A stretch of DNA of 64,000 nt from Candidatus Hodarchaeota archaeon (GTDB lineage Archaea; Asgardarchaeota; Heimdallarchaeia; Hodarchaeales; Hodarchaeaceae): the NCBI GenBank assembly GCA_029856365.1, contig JAHQWW010000001.1, forward strand, positions 81,548 through 145,547, in the 5' to 3' direction. Shown here in pieces: positions 48,969 to 58,218 of this stretch. The notes under the pieces are model-generated. The model searched no databases. It was given only the letters and a program-made list of their open reading frames with translations, and was not told the DNA's origin. Position 1 is the stretch's first letter; each line of letters starts with the position of its first letter. The position numbers and the translations under genes were made by a program.

Positions 48969-49963
48969 GTGAGTCAATCAAAAGTTCAGAGGCTTACGTC
49001 AAAAAATTTGCTTTTAGACCTTTTGACGGTGTTCGCCGTGGGCGCATCTACAGATTAGGGGCTATTTCTTGGCAATGGTGGATTCATGAATGGAAACGCT
49101 CCAAAGCAGTTAAATTCCTGATAGGATTTTTGATATTTACTTTTATATTGATGAACATGTTTTTACTTTTCACTAGAGATATGATGCTTGCAATGGATCC
49201 TGATCTTACAACGAATGATCTATTAGAAGATAATCTCTTTACGATGGTTCGTGGAATAGTTTCTTTCGGAATATCTTTTGAAGTTGAAAGTGATAATGGC
49301 ATGTCAGAAGCCCAATTCAACTTTGGGGGTACCAGTATCTTTATACTCATTCTCTTAGTTATTGTAGGATCAGGGCTCATAGCTGACGATATTTCCAATC
49401 AAACAACTGAAATATATTATAGTAAGTTAGAAAAATATGAATATGTGTTGGGTAAATTTCTAGCATTCTTTATTTTTGGGAATATAGTACTTACATTACC
49501 TTATGTCTTTGAATTCTTCCTCTTAGTAGTTGGTCTAGGAAATATCGACCTAATAACTGCTTTTCCAGCTTTAGTGCACGTAATCTTATTTACCGAAATT
49601 ATTACAATTACTTATTCAGCAATAATCCTAGCCTTTTCTTCCCTTACGAATCGACGTTTATATGCTGGATTAACATCGTTTATGCTTATATTCACAGTAA
49701 ATATGATAGTTTCCTCCTTAACACTTTCAGGAGGTGAAGCTGGTTTTGAAATATTATTCGATGTGCTTACTGTTTTGTTATTAACATCCTATATATTAAC
49801 TGGAGCGACTACAGTTGAATATCGCTCTTTTAGAGGCATTCAGTCAATAAATTTGATTGATGGTGTTGGAATTGAAGGCTGGATGGTACTAGGGGCATTG
49901 GGTCTCTTCATATTGTTAGGTTTTCTTATTGTTGTTGTTCAGGTCTGGAGGCACTCAAAATGA
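48965..49963 (+). CDS. ABC-2-type permease-like membrane protein
   Basis: About 6 TM segments. TTG start overlaps the upstream stop and its stop overlaps the next ATG (ATGA). Confidence 0.6.
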   Translation: MSESIKSSEAYVKKFAFRPFDGVRRGRIYRLGAISWQWWIHEWKRSKAVKFLIGFLIFTFILMNMFLLFTRDMMLAMDPDLTTNDLLEDNLFTMVRGIVSFGISFEVESDNGMSEAQFNFGGTSIFILILLVIVGSGLIADDISNQTTEIYYSKLEKYEYVLGKFLAFFIFGNIVLTLPYVFEFFLLVVGLGNIDLITAFPALVHVILFTEIITITYSAIILAFSSLTNRRLYAGLTSFMLIFTVNMIVSSLTLSGGEAGFEILFDVLTVLLLTSYILTGATTVEYRSFRGIQSINLIDGVGIEGWMVLGALGLFILLGFLIVVVQVWRHSK

Positions 49964-50880
49964 TTGAATTACATGAAGTTTCAAAATCGTTTGGAGATGT
50001 AGTCGCTCTTTCTCGCTTAAGTATGTCAGCTACGGACGGTCACGTTACAGGTTTTCTTGGACCAAATGGAGCAGGTAAATCCACAACATTAAAACTTATT
50101 ATGGGAGAAATTCGTCCAGATACTGGAACAGTTAGAGTGTTCGATGAAAATCCTATCAATAATGCTGTGTTAAAGAGACGAATTGGATATGTATCAGAAC
50201 ATGAAGATCTATATCCTTGGATGAAAGGAAAACAATTTGTCACCTCTTTAGCCAAGCTAATTCTTCCCTTAGAACAAGCTGAAGCAGCCGCTAAGGAAGC
50301 TTTAGAGAAAGTAGGTCTCAGTGTCAAGGGAAAACGTATCAAATCTTACTCGAAAGGTATGAAACAACGTTTGAAGGTTGCAGCTGCTATCGTCCATAAT
50401 CCTGATCTTCTTATTCTGGATGAACCTTTTGGTGGACTTGATCCACTAGGTCGTCGAGAAATGAAAAGACTTGTCTCAATATTAAATAATGAAGGGGTTA
50501 CAGTCTTAATCTCAAGCCATATATTATATGAGCTAGATGAAATGAGTACAAGAATGGTTTTAATCCACAGGGGGCAAGCACTAGCAGAAGGGCCTCCTGA
50601 AGAGGTACTCAACCTTATTGATCAATTCCCACATCAAATTTTATTCCGTGCCCCGCGTAATGAATTACAAAAGCTTTCTAAACTTTTGATTGGAGAGGAT
50701 GTAGTTAAATCTATCACTTTTGCGTCAGATAAAGCAAAAAATGATCTTATAGTAATTACGGATACTCCTAGTAAGTTTTATCCTATCGTTACACAAGTGA
50801 TTGCAGAGAATGGTCTTCAAATAAATCATTTAGAAAGCCAAACCGATAATATTGAAGCAATATTTGATTTCTTAACATAA
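49960..50880 (+). CDS. ABC transporter ATP-binding protein (ABC-2 type), second copy
   Basis: GPNGAGKST, YSKGMKQR and LLILDEPFGGLD. Confidence 0.9.
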   Translation: MIELHEVSKSFGDVVALSRLSMSATDGHVTGFLGPNGAGKSTTLKLIMGEIRPDTGTVRVFDENPINNAVLKRRIGYVSEHEDLYPWMKGKQFVTSLAKLILPLEQAEAAAKEALEKVGLSVKGKRIKSYSKGMKQRLKVAAAIVHNPDLLILDEPFGGLDPLGRREMKRLVSILNNEGVTVLISSHILYELDEMSTRMVLIHRGQALAEGPPEEVLNLIDQFPHQILFRAPRNELQKLSKLLIGEDVVKSITFASDKAKNDLIVITDTPSKFYPIVTQVIAENGLQINHLESQTDNIEAIFDFLT

Positions 50881-50899
50881 TATAGTATAGGTGTAAAAA

Positions 50900-51715
50900 A
50901 TGAGTATTAATGTTATGGAAACCCCGTATTCCCCTTCCATTTTGACTAGAATCGTCTTTTTAGGGCAAATATTTCTTACTAAAATTCTATACGATAAGAA
51001 GACCTACATCTTAATCTTCGTGAGTATTCTTCCCCTCTTGCCCTACATTCATAAAACAACTGCTAGTACAAGTGACTATATGGATATAATCGTTATTGGT
51101 CAAGAAACCAACATTTTTAACTTTTTAATTCTGCCTCTAATTTGTCTAATATTAGGAATATCCGCTATTTCGGATGAGAAGGAGAATAAAACGATTAGTC
51201 AATTATTATCAAGACCAATTAGAAGAGAAGAGATAGTATTAGTTAAATGGATCTCGGTTCTTATGATTGGGGTCGCAATCGCTTGTTTAGATGTCATAAT
51301 TATTTATTTCGGGTTGTCTGTTATTGTTAATGAGTATACATTCTTATTTGAACGATTGGATGTTCTTTTGGGAGCATGGTTATTCGTAGGGTTATGGGTA
51401 GCTGTATATGGTACGATATTTTTGCTTTTAGGAGTCCTCATTGACAAAAATGCATTAGGATGGGGACTAGCTATTGCTTATTTCGAGGTTTTCTTTGCGC
51501 AATTCATCTTTGGGCCATTCGCAGGTGGTGCAAATAGTCCCTACTCTATTGCTAACCATATCTATTATGTTACAGCAGAATATTTCTTAGTGGATTATTT
51601 TAACTTTAATATTCCTGATTTTGATCCATTAAATTCTCTTATAATCTGTATCGCTTTGGTAGTTGGATTCTTGCTACTATCAATGTTTACAATACGCAGA
51701 AAAGATTTTCCATAA
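50900..51715 (+). CDS. ABC-2-type permease-like membrane protein, second copy
   Basis: About 6 TM segments. Follows the ATPase after a 19-nt gap. Confidence 0.6.
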   Translation: MSINVMETPYSPSILTRIVFLGQIFLTKILYDKKTYILIFVSILPLLPYIHKTTASTSDYMDIIVIGQETNIFNFLILPLICLILGISAISDEKENKTISQLLSRPIRREEIVLVKWISVLMIGVAIACLDVIIIYFGLSVIVNEYTFLFERLDVLLGAWLFVGLWVAVYGTIFLLLGVLIDKNALGWGLAIAYFEVFFAQFIFGPFAGGANSPYSIANHIYYVTAEYFLVDYFNFNIPDFDPLNSLIICIALVVGFLLLSMFTIRRKDFP

Positions 51716-51737
51716 GTTCAATTACCTCTTCATTCTT

Positions 51738-52505
51738 TTATTTTTTTCCTAAATAGCGAAGAGAGTTATCTATGATAATTTGCTGTAATTCATTTCTCTT
51801 TTGATTGGTTAAATTTGCAATAAGGTCAATAACTTCTGACATCATTCCAGGGTGTCCCACCCGCCCTTGATACTTGACATTCCCATCTGATTCAGTTAAC
51901 AATCTGTCGAGAGGGACCTTTTTAGGAACTTTTTGATGTTTTGAATAGCTTAAAGCTGGTCCACAGGAAAAGTAGCAATCAAGATCCACGAGTTTCTTTA
52001 AAATCTGGGTTGGACCAGAATACCAATGGATACAACAGGTCTTACCCAGAAGAGTTCTTGTTTCGATGTAATCAGCAATATCTGCCTCTGCTCCTTTAAC
52101 ATGAAGCATAAGTTGAAGCTTTCGTTTTTCCGCATGTGTAAAAAAGAAATCTAGTACTTTCTTTTGAAAAGAGTATCTTTCCTTTTGTTTTATGAAATGA
52201 TAATCTAATCCAATCTCACCTAGAATTTTAATTTCTTTGTTTTCTGAAAGTAATCGATCAAAATTATTTAGTTCAATATGTTTTTTATGAGCTTTCCAAG
52301 GATGAATTCCAACAGCTGGGATAATTTCTGCGTATTTCTTTGAAAGCTCAATAGAACGGAGTGATTCGGCATAATTTTGGCTTACTGAGACCACATACAT
52401 AATTTTCTGTTGACGCCACTGCATAATGTGAGTATTAATGTCCTTGAAGAAATAATTTTCAGGTAAATGACAGTGGACATCAATATAGAATTCAGGCTTT
52501 GTCAT
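51738..52505 (-). CDS. tatD: TatD-family metal-dependent hydrolase
   Basis: IDVHCHL, GIHPW, GEIGLDY, MLHVKGA, ESDG. Confidence 0.85.
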   Translation of the reverse strand: MTKPEFYIDVHCHLPENYFFKDINTHIMQWRQQKIMYVVSVSQNYAESLRSIELSKKYAEIIPAVGIHPWKAHKKHIELNNFDRLLSENKEIKILGEIGLDYHFIKQKERYSFQKKVLDFFFTHAEKRKLQLMLHVKGAEADIADYIETRTLLGKTCCIHWYSGPTQILKKLVDLDCYFSCGPALSYSKHQKVPKKVPLDRLLTESDGNVKYQGRVGHPGMMSEVIDLIANLTNQKRNELQQIIIDNSLRYLGKK

Positions 52506-52543
52506 TCAAAGTTGCACCTTTCTGAGACTGGAAATGATGGTTG

Positions 52544-54001
52544 ATGCGATATACAAGGAAGAATATGCTATTAAAATTCTTTGAGCTAGGAACAATAGAA
52601 CCTGTTTTACGTATCCTTGCTAACCACCTTGTTACTGCTTGTCCTCGGTGTCATAAAATCCCTATTAATGAAGTATTTGCAGAAGTACAAAGAAATCAAT
52701 CATCATTTTGTTGGCGCTGCCAACCTGACCGTATCAGCGCCAAAATATTCTTGAAGAGAGTACTCCGCCTTAAGGACAAAGAATTCCAAGAATTTACATC
52801 GAATACCTTGTATACGCGTTCTGTAATTGCATGGCTTCGAGGAGTTGGCAGATTTGGCGTGAGTAGACCTCAACCAACTCTTCCTCCAATTGCCATTGTT
52901 TGGAACTTTACTTACCGCTGTAATTTAAAGTGTTTGCATTGTTATCAAGATTCTTTTTCACATTCAGAGGTATTTAATTATTCAAAAGAACTATCTACAG
53001 CTGAAGCTCTTCAGGTTGTTGACATAATAGCGAAATCTGGTTGTGGTTCTTTAAGCTTCTCTGGTGGGGAACCATTAATCCGTGATGATTTTTTTCAAAT
53101 AGCAAGACAAACAACTAAACGTGGATTAATGTGTACTCTCTCTAGTAACGGAACAATGATCGATCATACCATTGCTGAAGAATTAGTAGCTTCAGGAGTT
53201 TCTGGGATATCAATTAGTCTTGATAGTCTTAATTCCTCTTTTCATGATGAGCTTAGGGGTGTTAAAGGGGCACATACCAAAGCTCTTCAGGGAATAGAAG
53301 CATGTGCTGAAATCGGACGATTCAAAGAGCTCATTATTGCTATGACATTGACCAATAGAAATTCGAAGGATATCTCAGGACTTATTGAATTGGCTTTTGA
53401 AGTTGGTGCTACACGCCTATATATTTCTAGGATTTTACCAGTAGGAAGGGGGAAGGCTTTACAACATTTTAATATGAAACCATCAGATAGAAAAAAGATC
53501 TTAAAAGATCTTGCGCAAGAATTCGTTAATTATTCTCGGACTGGGGAACGAATAGCAGTAATGACTCGTGGAATGACTTATTTTGCTCCTCAATGTGCTG
53601 TATTATCTAATTATGAAATATTTCCTATCAGTGAAATTGTTGTAGGGTTCGAAAAACGTCATAAAGATATTTTGGGGAGTAAAACTGCCAAGAAACTTTT
53701 CAGACAATTCGCAGAATATGCAGGAGGCTGTGCAACAGGTCTTACTTATTGCGGATTAAGTCCTGAGGGAGATATCCTACCATGTGCTCCTGCTACCGAT
53801 GTTCATCTGGGTAATATACTACGTTATGGATTAGAAGAAATCTGGGTGAACCACCCCATTTTACGCACTTTACGTAATCGCTCCCATATTAAGGGAAAAT
53901 GTGGTAGATGTGCACATAATCTTATTTGTGGTGGTTGTCGGGTAACTGCTTATGGAGAGACTGGTGATTGGCTTGCGTCTGATCCGTCATGCCCATATTG
54001 A
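52544..54001 (+). CDS. Radical SAM enzyme with SPASM domain and N-terminal CxxC...CxxC extension
   Basis: CNLKCLHCY (CxxxCxxC), GGEPLIRDD, C-terminal CGRCAHNLICGGC plus upstream Cys residues (SPASM-like). N-terminal CPRCHK...CWRCQP. Confidence 0.8.
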   Translation: MRYTRKNMLLKFFELGTIEPVLRILANHLVTACPRCHKIPINEVFAEVQRNQSSFCWRCQPDRISAKIFLKRVLRLKDKEFQEFTSNTLYTRSVIAWLRGVGRFGVSRPQPTLPPIAIVWNFTYRCNLKCLHCYQDSFSHSEVFNYSKELSTAEALQVVDIIAKSGCGSLSFSGGEPLIRDDFFQIARQTTKRGLMCTLSSNGTMIDHTIAEELVASGVSGISISLDSLNSSFHDELRGVKGAHTKALQGIEACAEIGRFKELIIAMTLTNRNSKDISGLIELAFEVGATRLYISRILPVGRGKALQHFNMKPSDRKKILKDLAQEFVNYSRTGERIAVMTRGMTYFAPQCAVLSNYEIFPISEIVVGFEKRHKDILGSKTAKKLFRQFAEYAGGCATGLTYCGLSPEGDILPCAPATDVHLGNILRYGLEEIWVNHPILRTLRNRSHIKGKCGRCAHNLICGGCRVTAYGETGDWLASDPSCPY

Positions 54002-54024
54002 TTTAACTTTCCTCTTTGGTAATA

Positions 54025-54540
54025 TCACTTCTGTAATAATAAATCACTATAGGAACTAGAGATCAGATCTTCCTCTGATACTCCAAATAGTTCAAGAAAA
54101 AAACGGCATTGTTCCTCTAGTTTTTTTATTCCAATCATCCCCTCATTATCAATAGCCTCAACTTCAACGAAAGAGCCTAAATCCTTTATAAAATCAATAT
54201 GAAACTTTACGTTTTCTATGAAAAAAATCGCTCTTTTTTTCTCTACTACTACAAGGATACCTAGAGATTTCGTTAGAATTTCTTTTAAAGAGGAATATGA
54301 ATTAAGAGGAAAAAGACTCACATTGGATTGTTTTGGCCATTTTGTGGCCTTTCGCTCATAATAAATCAAAGCATTCTCGATGTTTCCTTCCCTCAACTTC
54401 AATCTTCCTGAATTCACTTTAAAGTATGTATCTACTTGATTATCCGTACCTTGATAATTAGCATTTCTGGAGATAAGAATTTCTTTAATTTTATTGGGAT
54501 TAGCGCACTTTGCCTTGAATTCTATATTTCTATGAACCAT
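54025..54540 (-). CDS. CYTH-domain protein (class IV adenylate cyclase/triphosphate tunnel metalloenzyme)
   Basis: N-terminal IEFKAK (ExExK-like), RLKLREG and FVEVEA strands typical of the CYTH tunnel. 171 aa. Confidence 0.7.
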   Translation of the reverse strand: MVHRNIEFKAKCANPNKIKEILISRNANYQGTDNQVDTYFKVNSGRLKLREGNIENALIYYERKATKWPKQSNVSLFPLNSYSSLKEILTKSLGILVVVEKKRAIFFIENVKFHIDFIKDLGSFVEVEAIDNEGMIGIKKLEEQCRFFLELFGVSEEDLISSSYSDLLLQK

Positions 54541-54703
54541 AGCATTTCTTTCTTAAGTGTCACCAAGATTAATATAAAGAATTTTTAAGCGAGTAATCCG
54601 AAATTTCAATTAGGTTTGGTACCTAGATATCTTTTTGTAGAACAAATGAAAAGGAGTTAAAAGGAGAATAACAAGTTTAGATTATCTTATTCATCTCCAA
54701 AAG

Positions 54704-55099
54704 GTGGGGTTAGCCGTAGTAATGCTTATGGTTTACCTTAGAACGACTTCTTTACGTAGAACCTTTGCTAGATATCTTACTTTATATCCTGATCTCTTTG
54801 CAGGTAAATTAGTTGAAGGACTATTTCTTATGAAGAATACTGGAAAAAGTATGACCTTAATTTTGCCTGAAATGCAAAAACATAAGGGGAACATTGAAGT
54901 ATCAATTCTTGAACCGCTACGAATTGAAGATTTATTAGATGATTTAGAGCTAGAAAGGATGGCCTCTTGGCTGAAGGACAAAAATCGAGTTCGAAAAATA
55001 TTGCAAAATGATAAAGAGGAGCAACTTCCAAAGGAAATCGCAAAACTTCTACAACAAGTATCAAGGAAACGCTTCTCTGTTCAATGGAGACTCACTTGA
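54704..55099 (+). CDS. Hypothetical protein, first gene of the SMC-like operon
   Basis: Open frame with protein-like composition and a charged helical C-terminal half. Start is ambiguous (GTG 54704 or ATG 54721/54727, after AAGGTGG). No family recognised. Confidence 0.45.
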   Translation: MGLAVVMLMVYLRTTSLRRTFARYLTLYPDLFAGKLVEGLFLMKNTGKSMTLILPEMQKHKGNIEVSILEPLRIEDLLDDLELERMASWLKDKNRVRKILQNDKEEQLPKEIAKLLQQVSRKRFSVQWRLT

Positions 55100-55138
55100 T
55101 TTTGGAGAATAGAAATCAGAAATTTGGAGGATAATTTC

Positions 55139-55312
55139 TTGGTTAATGAAAAGGTAAGTGACAAGGAATCATTTCTTCATTTAGCTGAAACTGAGTTGAT
55201 TGACTATCTTAAACAGCTTAGCTCTTTACCAACGCAATCTTCAAAAAAAGAAGACCCCATATCAAGTATTCTGCAAAAATACGTAAAAAAATGGCGGGGG
55301 ATTAAGAAATGA
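55139..55312 (+). CDS. Small hypothetical protein (57 aa) translationally coupled to the SMC-like gene
   Basis: TTG 55139 lies 8 nt after GGAGG. The stop overlaps the next start (ATGA at 55309-55312). The track ORF begins at TTG 55124. Confidence 0.4.
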   Translation: MVNEKVSDKESFLHLAETELIDYLKQLSSLPTQSSKKEDPISSILQKYVKKWRGIKK

Positions 55313-57153
55313 CCTTGCATATAACCTTAGAAAATATTGGAGGGATTGATAAGGTCGGATTGGACTTTAAGAAAGGGAAGAATTTAATCAAAGCACCAAA
55401 TGCAACTGGGAAAAGTTCACTTGTCCGAGGAATTGAACTACTTAATTCACCAAAGGAGAGAATTGAAAATAAGCGTTATTATATCAATTTTTTCTCTGCT
55501 AAAGGGAGAGTTCAATTAAAACAAGAGGGTAAAAAGCTCTGTGAAAGAATCTTTAAAACAACTGCGAATAAAGTGAATGTAGAAGGGCCTCCGTTCTACC
55601 CAGAAGGTCAAAAAGCAAACTTATTTACTTTAGCGACCCCTGATAATGAGCTTATAGCTGCAATCACAGCTGGAAAAAAGTTAGAGAGTTTACTTACTCA
55701 GTATTCTGACGTGAGGTATTATTCCTTCTTAATTTCTCACCTTAAAAGTCTTCTGGCTAATTTGAAGAAAGATCTCCGTATATATTTGATATATGAATCT
55801 GATATTGATGATATGCAGCAAGAACATTCTCAACTAGAGAAAGAACTGGAAACCACCAAAATCGAACGTGAAACCCTTCCTGAAATTAATATGGAAGAGA
55901 TTCAATCATATTCAGAGCTAGAGAATCGGTACCATAAATTGTCTAAGGAGGTTCTCTCTCTTAAGAATGAAATAGAAACAGCATCTGATATAATTAGGCT
56001 AAATATGGCCAGAAATCGCGATACAAAGGTCCAAATCAAATCCATGGAAGAAGAGATAAAGAATTTCATGGTAGAACACCCAAGCGTTGATCAGGAAATT
56101 GCTCGGATAGCTGATGAAATCAAAGAATACCGACGATATTTAGATGAAGTAAAAAATGAAAAAACTGAAACTGAAAAGTCAATCAAAGAAGTACGTAACT
56201 GGATCTCCCTTTCTCAAAGGATGCCAGACTTGCGTAAGTGTATAGTTTGTGGAAGACCTTATACTGAAAAGCATGCTAAGACACGTGAAGATAAATTACT
56301 AGTGGACGATTCTCATCTCAGCAAGCGTGTTCGTGAATTAGAATTCCAGATTGATGATGCAGAACGTCGAAAAGAAGACTTAGAAGTATTAATTCATAAG
56401 ATCAAAAATGATAATCAAATAAGGATTAGTAAAGCGAAACAAGAAATTAGACGATTGCAAAAGGAAATAAAAGAGAAGAAGAAAGAAATAGAGGCTTCTG
56501 AGCAGAAACATGTTCAAAAAGAGTCTGAATTAAAAATTCTCGAGAAATCCATTGATCAAGGACGAGCTGACTCAATTAAACTAATCAACGAGCTTGATGC
56601 CAAGATCCAGAGAATTTTAGGGAAGATCGAGCAGCTTGATAAACAGATAGAGGAAAAATCAAAGCGAATCGATCAAATTGACCAAGTACAATCAGAATAC
56701 GATTTCTTTAGTGCATTACAAGCTCATCTCGAAGAGCGGGAAAGGATTGTGAAATTGGGTGTAATAGAGAATTTTAATCGTCAAATCAAGAAGGTATATC
56801 AATTGATGTCATATCGGGATTTTGAAGACATCCGAATTGATCCTACTTTCAAGCTAATTGTCAAACGTAAACGTAAAGGGAAGTTGATTGATCAACCGAT
56901 TGAAAGCTTAAGTGACAGTGAACGAATCACTATTGCATTGATTGTCATGTTAGCAGGTCGTGAGGAATACCTTAGCAAGTATCCACTTTTCGTATTGGAT
57001 AAAGTGACTTTAGATTACGACCCCTCACGTCTTCTGATGATTTTGGATTATCTTAGTTTACGGGAGGTTCCATACATCTTGGTAACTTTAGCCCAAAGTA
57101 TCGAAGATAGTAGTGGTCACCTAGAGGTTGAACATCTCGGAGCTGAAGTCTGA
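55309..57153 (+). CDS. SMC/Rad50-like coiled-coil ABC-type ATPase with central CxxC hook
   Basis: N-terminal APNATGKSS (Walker A variant). About 400 aa are heptad-rich and charged, with CIVCGRPY at residue ~311 of 614. C-terminal LSDSERITIALIVMLA (signature variant) and PLFVLDKVTLDYD (Walker B with Lys after Asp). Confidence 0.75.
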   Translation: MTLHITLENIGGIDKVGLDFKKGKNLIKAPNATGKSSLVRGIELLNSPKERIENKRYYINFFSAKGRVQLKQEGKKLCERIFKTTANKVNVEGPPFYPEGQKANLFTLATPDNELIAAITAGKKLESLLTQYSDVRYYSFLISHLKSLLANLKKDLRIYLIYESDIDDMQQEHSQLEKELETTKIERETLPEINMEEIQSYSELENRYHKLSKEVLSLKNEIETASDIIRLNMARNRDTKVQIKSMEEEIKNFMVEHPSVDQEIARIADEIKEYRRYLDEVKNEKTETEKSIKEVRNWISLSQRMPDLRKCIVCGRPYTEKHAKTREDKLLVDDSHLSKRVRELEFQIDDAERRKEDLEVLIHKIKNDNQIRISKAKQEIRRLQKEIKEKKKEIEASEQKHVQKESELKILEKSIDQGRADSIKLINELDAKIQRILGKIEQLDKQIEEKSKRIDQIDQVQSEYDFFSALQAHLEERERIVKLGVIENFNRQIKKVYQLMSYRDFEDIRIDPTFKLIVKRKRKGKLIDQPIESLSDSERITIALIVMLAGREEYLSKYPLFVLDKVTLDYDPSRLLMILDYLSLREVPYILVTLAQSIEDSSGHLEVEHLGAEV

Positions 57154-57155
57154 CT

Positions 57156-57515
57156 TCAATCCCTAGTAGCAATTGCCTCAATCTCTATACGAGCACCTAA
57201 TGGAAGTGCAGCTACTTGGATTGTAGCTCGAGCTGGTGGGTCAGATGGGAAAGATTTGGCATATACTTCGTTTACTGCAGCAAAATCGTTGATATCTACT
57301 AAATAAATGGTGGTTTTTACAATATCACTTAGAAAAGCATCTACTTCACCGAGAATATTTTCAATTTTTTGAATCACTTGTTCAGTTTGGGTCTTAATAT
57401 CAGCATCTAAGTCAGTAGCAATCTGACCAGAAACATAAATTTGTCTTATTCTTGATGTTTCAATCGCAGGACTATATGGTCCTACTACTTTGCCAGTTTT
57501 TATTACTCTTCTCAT
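57156..57515 (-). CDS. ridA: RidA/YjgF-family reactive intermediate deaminase
   Basis: GPYSPAI, SGQI, TTIYLVDINDFAAVNEVY, PARATIQVAALPLGARIEIEAIA. Confidence 0.9.
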   Translation of the reverse strand: MRRVIKTGKVVGPYSPAIETSRIRQIYVSGQIATDLDADIKTQTEQVIQKIENILGEVDAFLSDIVKTTIYLVDINDFAAVNEVYAKSFPSDPPARATIQVAALPLGARIEIEAIATRD

Positions 57516-57553
57516 AAGATTTCACTTCTCTATAATTAATAAAGAAGATTAAT

Positions 57554-57985
57554 TTATTCAATTACATAAGGTAACTTTAATAGCTTCAACTTCGTATGAG
57601 GATCTTCTTCCCGAATGACTTGGGGATCAAATACTGATATTTGGATTTCGCAGGTGACAGATACAATACACCCTGACATTATATGTCCACCAATACAGGA
57701 ACCATCTATTCTCCCGAAAATACCATGTAGGTGAACTATCTGATTCTGAGCAACGTTTCCCAGCAAAGATACAATCTCTAAATTTTCAGTAAAAGTATTT
57801 ACCAGATATTTTGTACCATCAAAAAATCCAATTTTCGCTGCTGAGACGGCACCAATTCCCTGTATTTGTCCAGATCCAATATCAGGGTTATGTTTACAGA
57901 ATTTTTGGAGGGATTCAAGGATATCTTCTCCCCGAAAAAGACGGAGAAGGTATTTCTTCTGACTAATTTGAGGAAGATACTTCAC
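57554..57985 (-). CDS. PPC/DUF296-domain protein
   Basis: LRLFRGEDILESLQKFC...GIGAVSAAKIGFFD...EIVSLLGNV...HLHGIFG...GGHI pattern. GTG start 12 nt after AAGGAG. Confidence 0.6.
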   Translation of the reverse strand: MKYLPQISQKKYLLRLFRGEDILESLQKFCKHNPDIGSGQIQGIGAVSAAKIGFFDGTKYLVNTFTENLEIVSLLGNVAQNQIVHLHGIFGRIDGSCIGGHIMSGCIVSVTCEIQISVFDPQVIREEDPHTKLKLLKLPYVIE

Positions 57986-58218
57986 AGCTTTATGGTCTCC
58001 TTAACACACCAATAGAGTTCACGAATAAATAAAGTTTGAGTTAATTTCAACGATTTCTTCCTTAAAGAAATATCAAAGAAAAGGTTTTTTAAGATGATTA
58101 ACTGATGTTATTTGGAATTACTTTTAAATTCTCGAATTAGAGCCTATTAAGTTGATTAAAAACAACTAACAACATAGATCTTCTTTGTTGTAGAAGTTTA
58201 ATTGTGGGGTTTTAACTC

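Noticed and set aside
55097-55141. An in-frame TGA joins the 131-aa and 62-aa ORFs upstream of the SMC-like gene (possible selenocysteine or read-through)
   Set aside because: A GGAGG box sits 8 nt before TTG 55139, giving the small ORF an independent start. I could identify no SECIS-like element, and no Cys-homologue argument is available. It remains a low-probability alternative.
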